The notes beneath the pieces are model-generated. The model did not search any database, had not been told where the DNA came from, and worked only from the letters and a program-made list of their open reading frames with translations. Made by a program: the position numbers and the translations under genes. This document shows positions 52,340 to 64,000 of a DNA stretch of 64,000 bases, piece after piece. Position 1 is the first letter of the stretch. Each line of letters starts with the position of its first letter. Source of the stretch: Dipteris shenzhenensis (Eukaryota); the NCBI GenBank assembly GCA_047967505.1, contig CM106538.1, one strand, 5' to 3'.

Positions 52340-54985
52340 TTTGTTTAACTTTTTGATAACTACTCTAAAAAAACATTGTGCTTGCAAGTCACATTTGTAA
52401 ACGAATGCAAAGGATTGTTTGCAAGATTGGTGGAAGAGTACAACAAAGATGGCATTGTCATGTACACACTAAAAAATGTGTCGTACATGTCTGTTAGGAA
52501 CACCTTGTGTATTTTTTACTTTACCATCCTAGCAAATGTTCCAGATGGAGCTAAGAAGGGGGATTTGATGCAAGTCTTTGTGACACAAGTCGGGAATCTT
52601 GGATACGGTCGTATGGTGAGATTTGTCTCTTTGGCTTTTTTGTTTGCTCCTAACAATGCAATTTCCAATGTTTTGCCCATACTATGATGCAAGTCACTGT
52701 AGTTAAGTTTGCTCCTAAATCCTATGGTCCCTTTGAAGTTTTGAAGCGCATTAATGACAATGCCTATCGGCTCAAGTCCATGGTATACACACAATGCAAC
52801 AAGTGGTTGACTTTGAAGACAAATCTATTGTTTATTGCTCCTTCAGAGGGATTTTCACCACTAAGTATCTTCAAGGACAAATACTGTGAAGAGCTAGCTT
52901 TTCCTAAAATTTTTTATGGCCATGCACACTCGTACAATGTGCCTGAACGTACATTGTATCAAGACATTGCACGATATGAGCTTACATGCAAGGATCGTTG
53001 ATTTACAATGTCCATAGAAAACATCTTCTTCAAAATGATGAAAATTCTCATACGTCAAATATTGTCATCCACATGGGTGCATATGCTAAAAGCTCAGCTA
53101 CATGGTCGTACGTTGAAAGCAAAGGACACATTAGAGAACTCCAACATGGAGTGATTTCTTAATTAAAACATTGGATATCGTGACTTTGCTTGCTTTGCAT
53201 ACATCCTCTGACTATAAAAACAAGCTTTAAAAAAACCTATTTGCAATGGTGCATCAACTAGGCTCCTTACCTGTTTCTCTTCTTCGCCGAGGCTATGACT
53301 TACTACCTTCGGGCGAGGTCTACAGGGATCAGGGGTGTTCGTGACTTTGTCTATAGCAAACAGAAAGGCTATGGGAACCTTTGGTCGATTGTTTGAAAAA
53401 CTAGACCCTAAACCCATTAGTGCTTTGGAAGGCAATGGGCCCAACAAACTGCGTAACTTAATCCGACAAGACCCTGTGACAATATCTCAATACTATGTAC
53501 ACAGATTCCAAGCGCTTAAAAGGATTCTCAAACAAGACCCTTCAATTCTGGGGAAAGTGTTGGATTTCTACTTTGTAATAACTAAATTCCAAAATCGTCA
53601 CTAGCCAACATGACCACGGGTTGATTTGGATCGAGGGATCTCCATTGTGCAACATCTCTACCAACAACGTCATAGAAGAATTCGTCGACAAATACATATG
53701 CTGTGATTTGTCAAAGGTCGACTTACCAAACCTAGACATACAATCCCATAAACACAAAAAGACATGTCAAAGAAGAGGAAAGGCTTGTCAGTTTGGTTTT
53801 TCTCGCCCACCAATACACACAACAATGCTCTTATTGCCGCTTAATAGAGAAGAAAACCAAAGCACATACAAAGAACAAATGAAACGAGTCAGAAAAACCA
53901 ACGCTTCATTTGACTCTTGAACAATTCTTCACTGAACTTAATCTTACACAAGAAGAATACATTCTCGCATTGCGTTCAACTATAAGCCAACCAACAATGT
54001 TTGTAAAGTGTCAACGTAAAGATATATTCACAAACAATTTCAATTCAACTCTAACAAAGTTGTGGGAAGACAATACATACCTTCAATTCATTTTGAATCT
54101 ACATGGAGCAGCAGCATATTGCACCTCCTACATGACAAAAGTAGACAAAGACACAGCCAATGCTGTGACAAAGGCATTCTCCGAATGCGTAAACACAAAG
54201 ATCCCAGCAAATGAACGCATACGCAAAGTTGGCAATGCAATACTAACACATAACATATAAGCGTGCAACAAGTTGTCTACTTGTGCTTGTCTCTTCCACT
54301 CACAAGCAACACTAGAGAATTCTCATACATAAATACCAGCCCAGTTGAGGAAAGAACATTTCTGTTGAAATGACGCCACCAGCTAGAGCAACTCAACCCT
54401 GAAAGCAATAACATCTTCTTTGTATGTTTGTCTTCGTTTGTTAGCGATTATGGGAGCAACAAAAACGCAGCGAAAAAACACAAACGCATCAAAATTATCC
54501 GCTTCAACAACTACAGCCAAACCAAGGACCCAAAAAACCATTATAGGGAGTTGTGTCTACCATGCTTACCTTTCTTTGTACTAGAACATTCCCTAAGGGA
54601 AGACAGCTCAACTTGGCATGATCTTTACACCATAAACAAGGAGTTAATAGAAAAAAATAGAGCTTGCTTCAATAAGCTACAAGCTTTCAAGCCATCGAAT
54701 TCTGCATCCAATGCATCAACTTGTTCGTTAACCTCATCTATCAAGGATCACAAGAAAGATGACTTTGACTTGCAAGCGGAGTTCCCCAATCTCCTAAACA
54801 AAATCAATTCATTCAACATGGCCATCTTACATACAAAGCACAACCCAACGATGAGTACCATGCATCAATCCATGCATTAAACAATGACCAGCGTCGTGCA
54901 ATAGTAGAAGACATTTTGTTGAAGAAACGCCTAAACCAACAATTCCCCTTGCACATATTCCTAATAGGAAATGTAGGCACAAATC
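52340..54985 (+). mobile_element. Helitron2/Helentron-type RepHel and OB-fold pseudogene, copy 2 (inverted copy of 30488-33084)
   Basis: Near-identical ORF translations, e.g. 52376-52687 vs 32737-33042, 52684-53001 vs 32423-32740 and 54428-54880 vs 30579-31043. Confidence 0.9.
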
Positions 54986-55276
54986 ATAGTCGATTAGACC
55001 CAATTGGGAGACCGACCCAGTCAGCCCAAAACGACCGATAAGAGGGAGAGGATGGGTTACAAGGTTGGAGGAGAGGGGAGGAGGAGTTGCAAGGTTAGGC
55101 ATGCTTTGGGATGTGGATTGCAAGGAAGCATGGACACTTGAGACAATTGCTTAGAATACCAAAGTAGAACTCAACACAATGCCCCAAAGAGTGTGGGCTT
55201 CATTCCATTATGGGGTATATATACAAGTTGGAGAGCTTCTCTCTCTGCATGTAGGAAGGGTAACACATTCTCTCTC

Positions 55277-55650
55277 TACATGTAGAAGTTGCATGTAGAA
55301 CTCGCATGTAGAACTTGCATGTAGAAGTCGTATGTAGAACTTGCATGTAGAAGTTGTATGTAGAACTCGCATGTAGAACTCGCATGTAGAACTTGCATGT
55401 ACAAGTCGTATGTAGAACTTGCATGTAGAAGTCGTATGTAGAAGCTGTATGTAGAACTTGCATGTAGAACTTGCATGTACAACTCACATGTAGGAGTTGC
55501 ATGTAGGAGTTGTATGTAGAACTTGCATGTAGAACTCGCATGTACAACTCGCATGTAGGAGTTGCATGTAGAAGTTGTATGTAGAACTTGCATGCAGAAC
55601 TTGCATGTACAACTCGCATGTAGGAGTTGCATGTAGAACTTGCATGTAGA
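55277..55650. repeat. 13-bp minisatellite (gcatgtagaactt and variants)
   Basis: About 28 tandem units, preceded by a leader of about 250 bp that is also found at about 59940-60172 and 63550-63767. Confidence 0.92.
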
Positions 55651-56809
55651 ATATACAAGTTGGATTTCTAAGAGGGACTATTTCTAGCCTTATGCAAGTA
55701 CAAGCGGTGTTAGCTCTTAGGAGGGAAGAGGAGGAGGGAGGAGGAGAGAGGAGGAGGAGGAGGAGGGAGGAGGAGGAGGAGGAGGAGGAGGAGGAGGGAG
55801 GAGGAGGAGGAGGAGGGAGGAGGAGGAGAAGGAGGAGGGAGGAGGAGAGGGAGAGGATGGGTTGAGGAGAGGGGAGGAGGGGTTGCAAGGTTAAGACATG
55901 GTAAGTAGGTCCCATGTGGCATGCTCTTCCACTAGAAGGTCTAGGTACCATTTAGATGCTTCATCAGTTAAGGCCATGGGAAACCAAGCCACCTTGGTTT
56001 CATGGGATTGATCTCCACCTGCTCGGCATGCGGCATCAAAATGCTAGAGGAATTAGGCTGGATCTCCCCTACCATTATATTTGGAAAGTTTCAGTTTTCC
56101 CAAGGGGCAGATATCTGCCTTGATTGTTATTATTTCTTCGATTAAAGAAATTGTCAGCCTCTGCATCAAGGTCAATATCCCCATCATTGTCGTGACAGAG
56201 TCCAGCCATGTTGGGGTGTGGAGGAGTTAAAGGGAGTGATTGAATTTCAAGGGGGGATTCGGGGTAGAGGATTGGCGAGGGCGGTGGTTGTAGCAGAGTT
56301 GTATGCAGATGTGGTGAGCATTGGAGTCGGAGGCGTTGGCTGGAATGTAGTTGCATGCAGATTGGGAGAGATTTGCCAGGGTGTCTCTGCCACAAGTGCG
56401 AGTGTGGATGAAGTTGTGTTGGGAGGGTTAGAGTGGTGTTAGTTTGTGTAGGGACTGTCATGTTAATAATGTGCCTAAGATTGTCCTACGTGTGTAGGAA
56501 ACTGTGCTGGTGTAGATGGATCGTTAATCGAAGGTCACGGTGTGAAGATATGAGCAAATTTGTGCGAAACGAGGCCCAAACGGGGGCATGAGTGAGAGAG
56601 TGATAGGGATGCCGAAATGGTGTGCAATGGGCTGGAAAAATACCCCGTAACGTAGTGTTTCCATGTGTGAAATGTGGGTTCAAATGGGGTTTAGTTTGGT
56701 CCCAAATGGATGAGTTAGGAGGGGTTAAAGTAGGGGTAAAATGTGATTTTTTTTGGGGGGGGTGTCCTAAGGGTGGTGTGAATGGACTTTAAGTCCAACT
56801 GAGGGGTTG

Positions 56810-57075
56810 TAACTAACCTAGTTTAGTTGACCTAATTGGCCCAATTAGTGTAACTAACTTGACTATCTAGTTAGATGGTAATCAGTTAGTCTAACCTAAC
56901 CTAGTGATGGTTAGACTGACCACAGTTAGTTAAACTAATCTAGTTAGTGTAACTAACTAATAGTTAAACTAACCTAACTAAGGTGAAAACTAACCTAATG
57001 TAGGTTAATACTAAGCTAGGGTAAAACTAACCTAATCTAGGTTAATACAAACTTAGGGTTAGCTTTGGGTTAGTT
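56810..57075. repeat. Low-complexity taact/tagtt repeat tract
   Basis: Dense ctaac/ttagt words in both orientations, plus a tandem pair aaaactaacctaat.taggttaatac. Confidence 0.7.
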
Positions 57076-57481
57076 TTTTTAAAAATAATAACACAGTTGG
57101 GGGGGGCTGTCATGGCGGCGGCCGGGGGGGCTACGTGTGGCAGCGAGGGGGGGGTGGTTTTTCGTGCGGGGGGTGTAGGGGAGGGGAGGGGGGTGTAGCG
57201 GCAGCGGGGGGGGAGGGGAGGGTAGGGAGTAGGGAGGGTGGGAGGGAGGTGGCATGGGCACCGCCATTGATGGCTCTGTCATTGGCAGGGCAGGCATTGC
57301 TAGCATGCGCCATGGGCGACCGCTAGCGCACCACCGTGGGCGAGCGCTATGAGCACCATTGCGGGCGTGCCGTGAGCACCGTCGTGGGTGCTCTGCCCAT
57401 GGAGGGACACGACAAGGGCTTAGGCCCCTGCTTTACGGGTAGGAATAGGTAGGGAGGGGGAGAAGCGATCGGGGAGGGGGG

Positions 57482-57482
<1 letters not shown>

Positions 57483-57536
<54 letters not shown>

Positions 57537-57554
57537 GGAGGGATAGAGAGAGAC

Positions 57555-57596
<42 letters not shown>

Positions 57597-57655
57597 GAGA
57601 GAGAGGAGAGGGAGGGGGAGGGATAGAGAGAGAAAGAGAGAAGAGGGAGGGGGAG

Positions 57656-57705
<50 letters not shown>

Positions 57706-57829
57706 AGGGAAAGAGAGAGAACGAGAGAGAAGAGGGAGGGGGAGGGATAGAGAGAGAAAGAGAGAAGAGGGAGGGGGAGGGATAGAGAGAGAGAAAGAAA
57801 TAGAGAGAGAGAGAGAGAGAAAGAGAGAA

Positions 57830-57883
<54 letters not shown>

Positions 57884-59675
57884 AGGGAAAGAGAGAGAAA
57901 AAAAGAGAGAGAAAGAGAGATAAAGAGAGAGAAATAAAGAGAGAGAAAGAAAGAGAAGAGGGGGAGAGAAAGAGAGAGAAATAGAGGGAAAGAAAGAGAA
58001 AGGGGGAGGGAAAGAGAGAGAGAGGGAGAGAGAGGTAGAGGGGGGGTAGGGAAAGAGAGAGGGAGAGGGAGGGAAAGAGAGAGGGTGTGGGATAGAGAGA
58101 GAAAGAGAGAGAAAGAAAGAGAGAGGGGGAGGGGGGAGGAGAGGGAGAAAGAAAGAGAGAGGGGGAGGGAAAGAGAGAGAGAGAGAAAGAAAAAGGGGGA
58201 GGGGGTGGTAGAGGGGGGAGGGGGTGGTGAAGATGGAGGGGGAAGGGGGGAGGGGGGGAGGCAGAGGGTGTGGTGGAGATGGAGGGGGTGGTGGAGATGG
58301 AGGGGGGGAGGGGGAAGGGGTGGTGGAGATGGAGGGGGGAAAGGGGGAGGAGATGGTGGTGGAGATGGAGTGGGGGAGGGGTGGTGGAGATGGAGAGGGG
58401 AGGGGGAGGGGGTGGTGGAGATGGAGAGGGGGGGGGAAGGGGGAGAGGGGAAGGGGAAAGGGGGAGGGGGTGGTGGAAATGGGAGGGGGAAAAAAGAGAA
58501 GAAAAAAAAAATTGACGGACGGAAATCCAAAGGAAGGAAGAGGTGGTCACCTGAACGCTCTCCAAGTCTTTCTCGATGTAACGGGATTCTTGAGGAACAA
58601 TGGACAGTGGGTGGATGGCTAGGTTATCGCTGCGAGATGGGCTCAAAGTCACTTACCATGTGAGGATGGAGTAAGGTGGTGGTCGATGGAGAGGGAGGAG
58701 TGTCTTGCATAGGGCTCAAAATCAAGAAGAGAATGGAGGCAAAATGTGAAAGATGAAGAATGAGGGGGTGGAGTGGGTTTTTATAGGAAATGAGTTTAGG
58801 TTTAGGGTTAAACCCTAAACTCTTCCCGAGCCGTAACTTGTTATGGATAGCTCGGTTTGCTCTTCTGCAAAAAGGTGAAATGATCGAAATTGCAAGCTCT
58901 ACGCATTTGTGTCCACTACCTAGCCTGATTATTTATCAAGTGGCTTCTTTTTAAGAAATAAAGAAAATTTCTTAAGGTACTAACCCAAGGTTGATTCTTG
59001 GGGTTGATATGTTTGGCTAGAAATTTTTTTGAAAAAAACTCTCCTTGCGCTTGAGTGTTATGTTCGTGAAAGTTCAAAGTAGTTTGTTTTTTTTACACAT
59101 ACCTGCATATGTTTACTCATTACTTGAGATGCTAGTATCCTCGACAACAATGCTAAATGTTAGCTCTTTCCTACTGCTTTCATAGGAAGAGCAGGGTATT
59201 CTCAGTATGCAGGATTCTGAGGCTTTTTGTCACCTACAGATATATCAAGGTTTGTCGGTTGTAGTATATGTGTAGCTTAGGACCTCGAGTCATGTTTCGA
59301 TGAGACATGTAGGCTTCAGTGTGGTAAGCAAACAAAGTGCATGTATGTGTAAAAGGAACATATATCATCATGATTGAGGTAATAAAGGCTTTTGCCTTCA
59401 TTGGGGGTTGTAGGGTTTAGGATGAGTTTAAGGGTTAGAAGGAGGTTCCAGGGTTAGAAAGAGGTTCAAGGGTTAGAAGGAGGTTTCAGGGTTAGAAGGA
59501 GGTTCTAGGGTTAGAAGGAGGTTCTAGGGTTTAGAAGGAGTTCCAAGGTTTAGAAAGAGGTTCCAGGGTTTAGAAGGAGTTCCAAGGTTTAGAAAGAGTT
59601 CAAGGGTTAGAAGGAGTTCCAAGGTTTAGAAGAGGTTCCAAGGTTTGGAGTAGAGTACATGGTGGAGAACTCGTC
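57483..59675 (-). repeat. Block A': inverted copy of 24531-26594
   Basis: GA/G-rich tract, then sequence complementary to 24830-25730, then the 20-21 bp minisatellite (59410-59650), ending at ggtggagaactcgtc. Confidence 0.88.
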
Positions 59676-60237
59676 TCCCTTGTAGATCATGGAAATTAAA
59701 TGTTGAGGAACTAAGGGTTTAGGGGAAGCATAGGAGTGGGAGAGGAAGAAGGTGTAAGAGCATGGGGGAAAGAGGAGAGAGGAGAAGGAGGGAAGAGGAG
59801 GAGGGAGGAGGAGAGAGGAGGAGGGAAGAGGAAGAGGGAGGAGGAGGAGGAGGAGGAGGGAGGAGGAGAGGGAGGAGGAGGAGGAGGGAGGAGGAGGAGG
59901 AGGAGGAGGGAGGAGGAGAAGGAGGAGGGAGGAGGAGAGGGAGAGGATGGGTTGCAAGGTTGGAGGAGAGGGGAGGAGGGGTTGCAAGGTTAGGACATGC
60001 TTTTGGACGTGGAGTGCAAGGAAGCATGGACACTTGAGACAATTGCTTGGAATACCAAAGTAGAACTCAACACAATGCCCCAAAGAGTGTGGGGTTCATT
60101 CCATTATGGGGTATATATACAAGTTGGAGAGCTTCTCTCTCTGCATGTAGGAAGTGTAACACACACTCTCTCTACATGTAGAACTTGTATGTAGAACTCG
60201 CATGTACAAGTCATATGTAGAACTTGCATGTAGAAGT

Positions 60238-62867
60238 TGTTGGGATATCTCAAGGTGTATGCCTCAGGCACACCTTATGTTTCTATGTGTGAGTGCTAGA
60301 GGCATAGTTAGGTGCCCACAAGCACAGTTAGGTGGTGGAGAGCCACATAGGATGATTGAGAGAATCTAGGAGCAGATTGAGGAGATGATTGTGGAGCTCT
60401 GAGGTCATCAGTGATGTCAGTGAGCTTGTATGAGGTGCCTACTTAAGGACCTGACTTTTCTTCATTCTATAAGCAAGTATTCTGATTTTGTGTCCACTTT
60501 ACTCTTTCCTTTCAGTATTCCAACATGGTATCAGAGCCATTTGATCCCCCTTGAGCCCATTTCTGCCACATCATCATCTTCTTCCTCTTCTTCTTCTTCA
60601 CCATCTCTCCCTCTTCTTCCAAAAATTTGCTTGAGCTTGTTCTCATCCGATTCTCACCCATTTCCTACGCCCTTTCAGCTGGAGTTCCCTCTTGTTGGGG
60701 CGAATTTCGGGCTGCAAGGAATTGAAGAATTTCAAGCTCTGCTGGTCGCCATTGTACGAATTTCGTCGATTCTTCTTGCTGCGTTTTCTCTGCGCCTGCT
60801 CCTTCTTTCTCTAATTCCTTTCAAGGAAAGCTTCTCCATACCTTGGGCTACCTTGTGCTGAAATCTGAGCAGCAATGGCTGCATATTGAAGGAGAAAACA
60901 AAGAAAAACCAGTCGACTTTGTTGAAGAAGGAGAAGGTGACCTGACGCGTTTTTTTGCCTCTTCTTCCCAGAGGTTCTACTGTGGTATACCAGCTTTTTT
61001 TTGCCTCAGAAAGCCCCCTTTCTTTTTCTTTGAAGAGTGTGCTATAAGCCCTCCAAGTTCAGCTCTCTAGTTTTGACAAGCTTTTGAAAATGATGCTACA
61101 TAAAATGCTACTCTAGCATTTCTGGTCTTTTGAAGTTTTCAATAACTTCACTACAAGTGTTGCTTCAGTTTTGTTTTGACTTGCTAGACCTGGTTTTGAT
61201 TGGAAAGTGTTTATTTCATCCACTTCTATGAAGCATGTAAGAAGAAGCATCATTGTTTGAAATCTAGTCACTACTATTTGCTACATCAAGTGCTCATACT
61301 TTGGAAGTCTTTCAGTTATTTTTGCCTTGTAAGAGAGATAGACACTGCCCAATATCTGGGTTAGACCCTCTCATGGCTACCATATTTAATCTTGAGAAGT
61401 TCAATGGAAAGGGCTTCCATACATGGCAAATGAAGGTGAAATTTGCATTGATGCGGGAGAACTTATGGGGACTTGTCAAACCTACTCCTACCACTTCTTC
61501 TACGGCCTCCAATGCTGGACAATCTTCAACTCCGACACGATCGGCAAGGGATCCAGCAAGAGAAGAAAAGGCATATGGTATCATTGCTCTTGCTTTGGGT
61601 GATGATTATATACACCATATCTCTGACTTGGAGTCTCCTTGGGAAGCTTGGCAGAAGCTAGACATGATTTTTGGTGCAAGCTCTCACATCTCTAAACTAT
61701 CACTTAAAATCTCTTTCTTTGAATTAAAGATGTCAAGTGATACTACTTTAGCAGCTCATGTCAATTATATGCGGAGTCTTATGACTCAATTAGCTTCTAT
61801 CAACTCTCCTATCACTCCTGATGATGCTATGGCAGTGTTACTTAAGAGTATGCCTGAAAGTTTTGATCACATTGTTAGCACTTTAAAGAATCTTCCCAAT
61901 CCTAACCTTGAAGGCATTATCACTGCTCTCCAAGAAGAAGAAAGGCATATGGAGCTAAGGAAAGGCAATGACACTGCTTATGTTATGAAATTCCAGAAGG
62001 GCAAGTATACTCCTTGCAATCACTGTGGAAAGACAAATCACCTTTCAAAGGACTGCTTCAAAGTTAATCCATGCAAGAACTGTGGCAAGAACAACCATCA
62101 TGAGAAGTTTTGCAGAGCCAAAGCAAAGACACAAAATGCAAATCTACTTATAGTTAATGAGCCTCCACAAGATGAGGCATCCTTTGAAGATTATGCATTT
62201 TAAACACATCTCTATGTATGCTCCAGATCTCTCTTTTTATGTCAAGGTACTCAGCCTGGATAGTCCTCCAAAATGAATGAAAATAAACTATTGTGTTTTG
62301 TGTGTTTTGTAAACACTTCTGGTCACCTTATGATGTAGGCCATGTGTATGTTTTGCTCCATGGTACCTCCTGCAGACATTGTGTGCATGTACATGCAGGG
62401 GAGATAACCATTGGAAGGTCTTTTTGTATCCCTTTTTGTTTACCTTACACCCAAGGGAACCCTTGCTAGCATGAGAACCTAGCCATAGATTTATCCTTGA
62501 CCACCATGAGATGGCATGAAAAACTATGAGACTAGATGTATCCTTGACATAGCCTGAGGCATTTCCTTGAGGGGGGGTTTGTTGGGATATCTCAAGGTGT
62601 ATGCCTTAGGCACACCTTATGTTTCTATGTGTGAGTGCTAGAGGCACAGTTAGGTGCCCACAAGCACAGTTAGGTGGTGGAGAGCCACATAGGATGATTG
62701 AGAGAATCTAGGAGCAGATTGAGGAGATGATTGTGGAGCTCTGAGGTCATCAGTGATGTCAGTGAGCTTGTATGAGGTGCCTACTTAAGGACCTCACTTT
62801 TCTTCATTCTATAAGCAAGTATTCTAATTTTGTGTCCACTCTACTCTTTCCTTTCAGTATTCCAACA
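60238..62867 (+). mobile_element. Intact gag-only LTR retrotransposon (TR-GAG-like): LTRs 60238-60525 and 62580-62867, iMet PBS 60526-60537, PPT about 62569-62577
   Basis: Two 288-bp TGTTGG..CCAACA LTRs with 5 mismatches by eye, TGGTATCAGAGC, and a GAGGGGGGG tract. No pol sequence lies between gag and the PPT. Confidence 0.95.
61373..62203 (+). CDS. Copia-type Gag with two CCHC zinc knuckles
   Basis: MATIFNLEKFNGKGFHTWQMKVKFALMRENLWGLV...AWQKLD...LLKSMPESFD...LQEEER...CNHCGKTNHLSKDC...CKNCGKNNHHEKFC, uninterrupted. Confidence 0.9.
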   Translation: MATIFNLEKFNGKGFHTWQMKVKFALMRENLWGLVKPTPTTSSTASNAGQSSTPTRSARDPAREEKAYGIIALALGDDYIHHISDLESPWEAWQKLDMIFGASSHISKLSLKISFFELKMSSDTTLAAHVNYMRSLMTQLASINSPITPDDAMAVLLKSMPESFDHIVSTLKNLPNPNLEGIITALQEEERHMELRKGNDTAYVMKFQKGKYTPCNHCGKTNHLSKDCFKVNPCKNCGKNNHHEKFCRAKAKTQNANLLIVNEPPQDEASFEDYAF

Positions 62868-64000
62868 TAGAAGTCCTATGTAGAACTCGCATGTACAAGT
62901 CGTATGTAGAACTTGCATGTAGAAGTCCTATGTAGAAGTCATATGTAGAACTTGCATGTACAACTCGCATGTAGAACTTGCATGTAGAACTCGCATGTAC
63001 AACTCACATGTAGGAGTTGTATGTAGGAGTTGTATGTAGAACTTTCATGTAGAACTCGCATGTACAACTCGCATGTAGGAGTTGCATGTAGAAGTTGTAT
63101 GTAGAACTTGCATGTAGAACTCGCATTTACAACTGGCATGTAGGACTTGCATGTAGAAGTTGCATGTAGAACATGCAAGTTGGATTTCGAAGAGGGATTA
63201 TTTCTAGCCTTATGCAAGTACAAGTGGAGCTTTGCCGCTACTCTACACACACATTCTGTTCTACCTAAGTCCATGTTGGCACTGAGTCCTCCTCCTCTCT
63301 CCTCCTCCCTTCTCCTTCTCCTCCTCTCTCCTCCTCCCTCCTCCTCCTCCTCCTCCTCCTCCTCCCTCCTCTCTCTTCTTTCCCCCATGCTCTTACACCT
63401 TCTTCCTCCCCCACTCTTATGCTCCCCCTGAACACTTTGTTCCTCAACCCTTAAACTCCATGATCTACGAGGGAGACGAGTTCTCCACCATGTACCTTAC
63501 CCTAAACCTTTCCACCACCCCCCCCCTCCGCAAGGTTGGAGGAGGGGTTGCAATGTTGGAGGAGAGGGGAGGAGGGGTTGCAAGGTTAGGGCATGCTTTT
63601 GGACATGGAGTGCAAGGAAGCATGGGCACTTGAGACAATGGCTTGGAATACCAAAGTAGAACTCAACACAATGCCCCAAAGAGTGTGGGCTTCATTCCAT
63701 TATGGGCTATTTATACAAGTTGGAGAGCTTCTCTCTCTACATATAGGAAGTGTAACACATTCTCTCTCTACATGTAGAACTTGCATGTAGAACTCGCATG
63801 TACAAGTCGTATGTAGAACTTGCATGTACAAGTCACATGTAGGAGTTGCATGTAGAAGTTGTATGTAGAACTTGCATGTACAAGTCGCATGTAGGAGTTG
63901 CATGTAGAAGTCATATGTAGAACTTGCATGTACAACTCGCACATAGAACTCGCATGTACAACTCGCATGTAGGAGTTGCATGTAGAAGTCGTATGTAGAA
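62868..64000. repeat. 13-bp minisatellite arrays (62868-63180, 63768-64000) separated by an inverted piece of about 59640-59830 and another leader copy
   Basis: Same gcatgtagaactt unit. About 63280-63510 is the reverse complement of about 59640-59830, and 63550-63767 repeats the array leader. Confidence 0.88.

Noticed and set aside
55200-55658. Repetitive ORFs or a CRISPR-like array
   Set aside because: Pure 13-bp tandem units with no unique spacers, in a eukaryotic context with no cas genes.
57420-58663. 410-aa and 365-aa ORFs
   Set aside because: Translations of the inverted copy of the same low-complexity tract.

Overview
Eukaryotic, land-plant-type nuclear DNA: spliceosomal introns, a plant-like eEF1B-gamma, iMet-primed LTR elements and Helitrons. 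A non-seed plant such as a fern is my guess, not something the sequence shows. One apparently intact housekeeping gene (7-exon eEF1B-gamma, 4038-6785, minus strand) is followed by about 57 kb of nested transposons and repeats. These include a deleted canonical Helitron, two oppositely oriented copies of a Helitron2/Helentron-type element with an RPA-like OB-fold gene, two Ty3/gypsy elements, a recent gag-only (TR-GAG-like) LTR element, a tRNA-derived SINE, a 400-bp foldback, an orphan SMP-domain exon, minisatellites and segmental duplications. The standout is a decayed, intron-containing gene at about 16534-19352 (+). Its spliced product follows the RAG1 recombinase core motif for motif (D..D..E triad, DHETL, CxxC, LH, ITxYxH-x4-H, W-S-x-x-G-x-E). 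It faces a second, convergently oriented gene of unknown function, an arrangement reminiscent of RAG-like (ProtoRAG) transposons and not one I know from plants. Also notable is a gypsy insertion bounded by two inverted LTR 5' ends yet flanked by a near-perfect 5-bp TSD. All assignments were made by eye; no searches were run.
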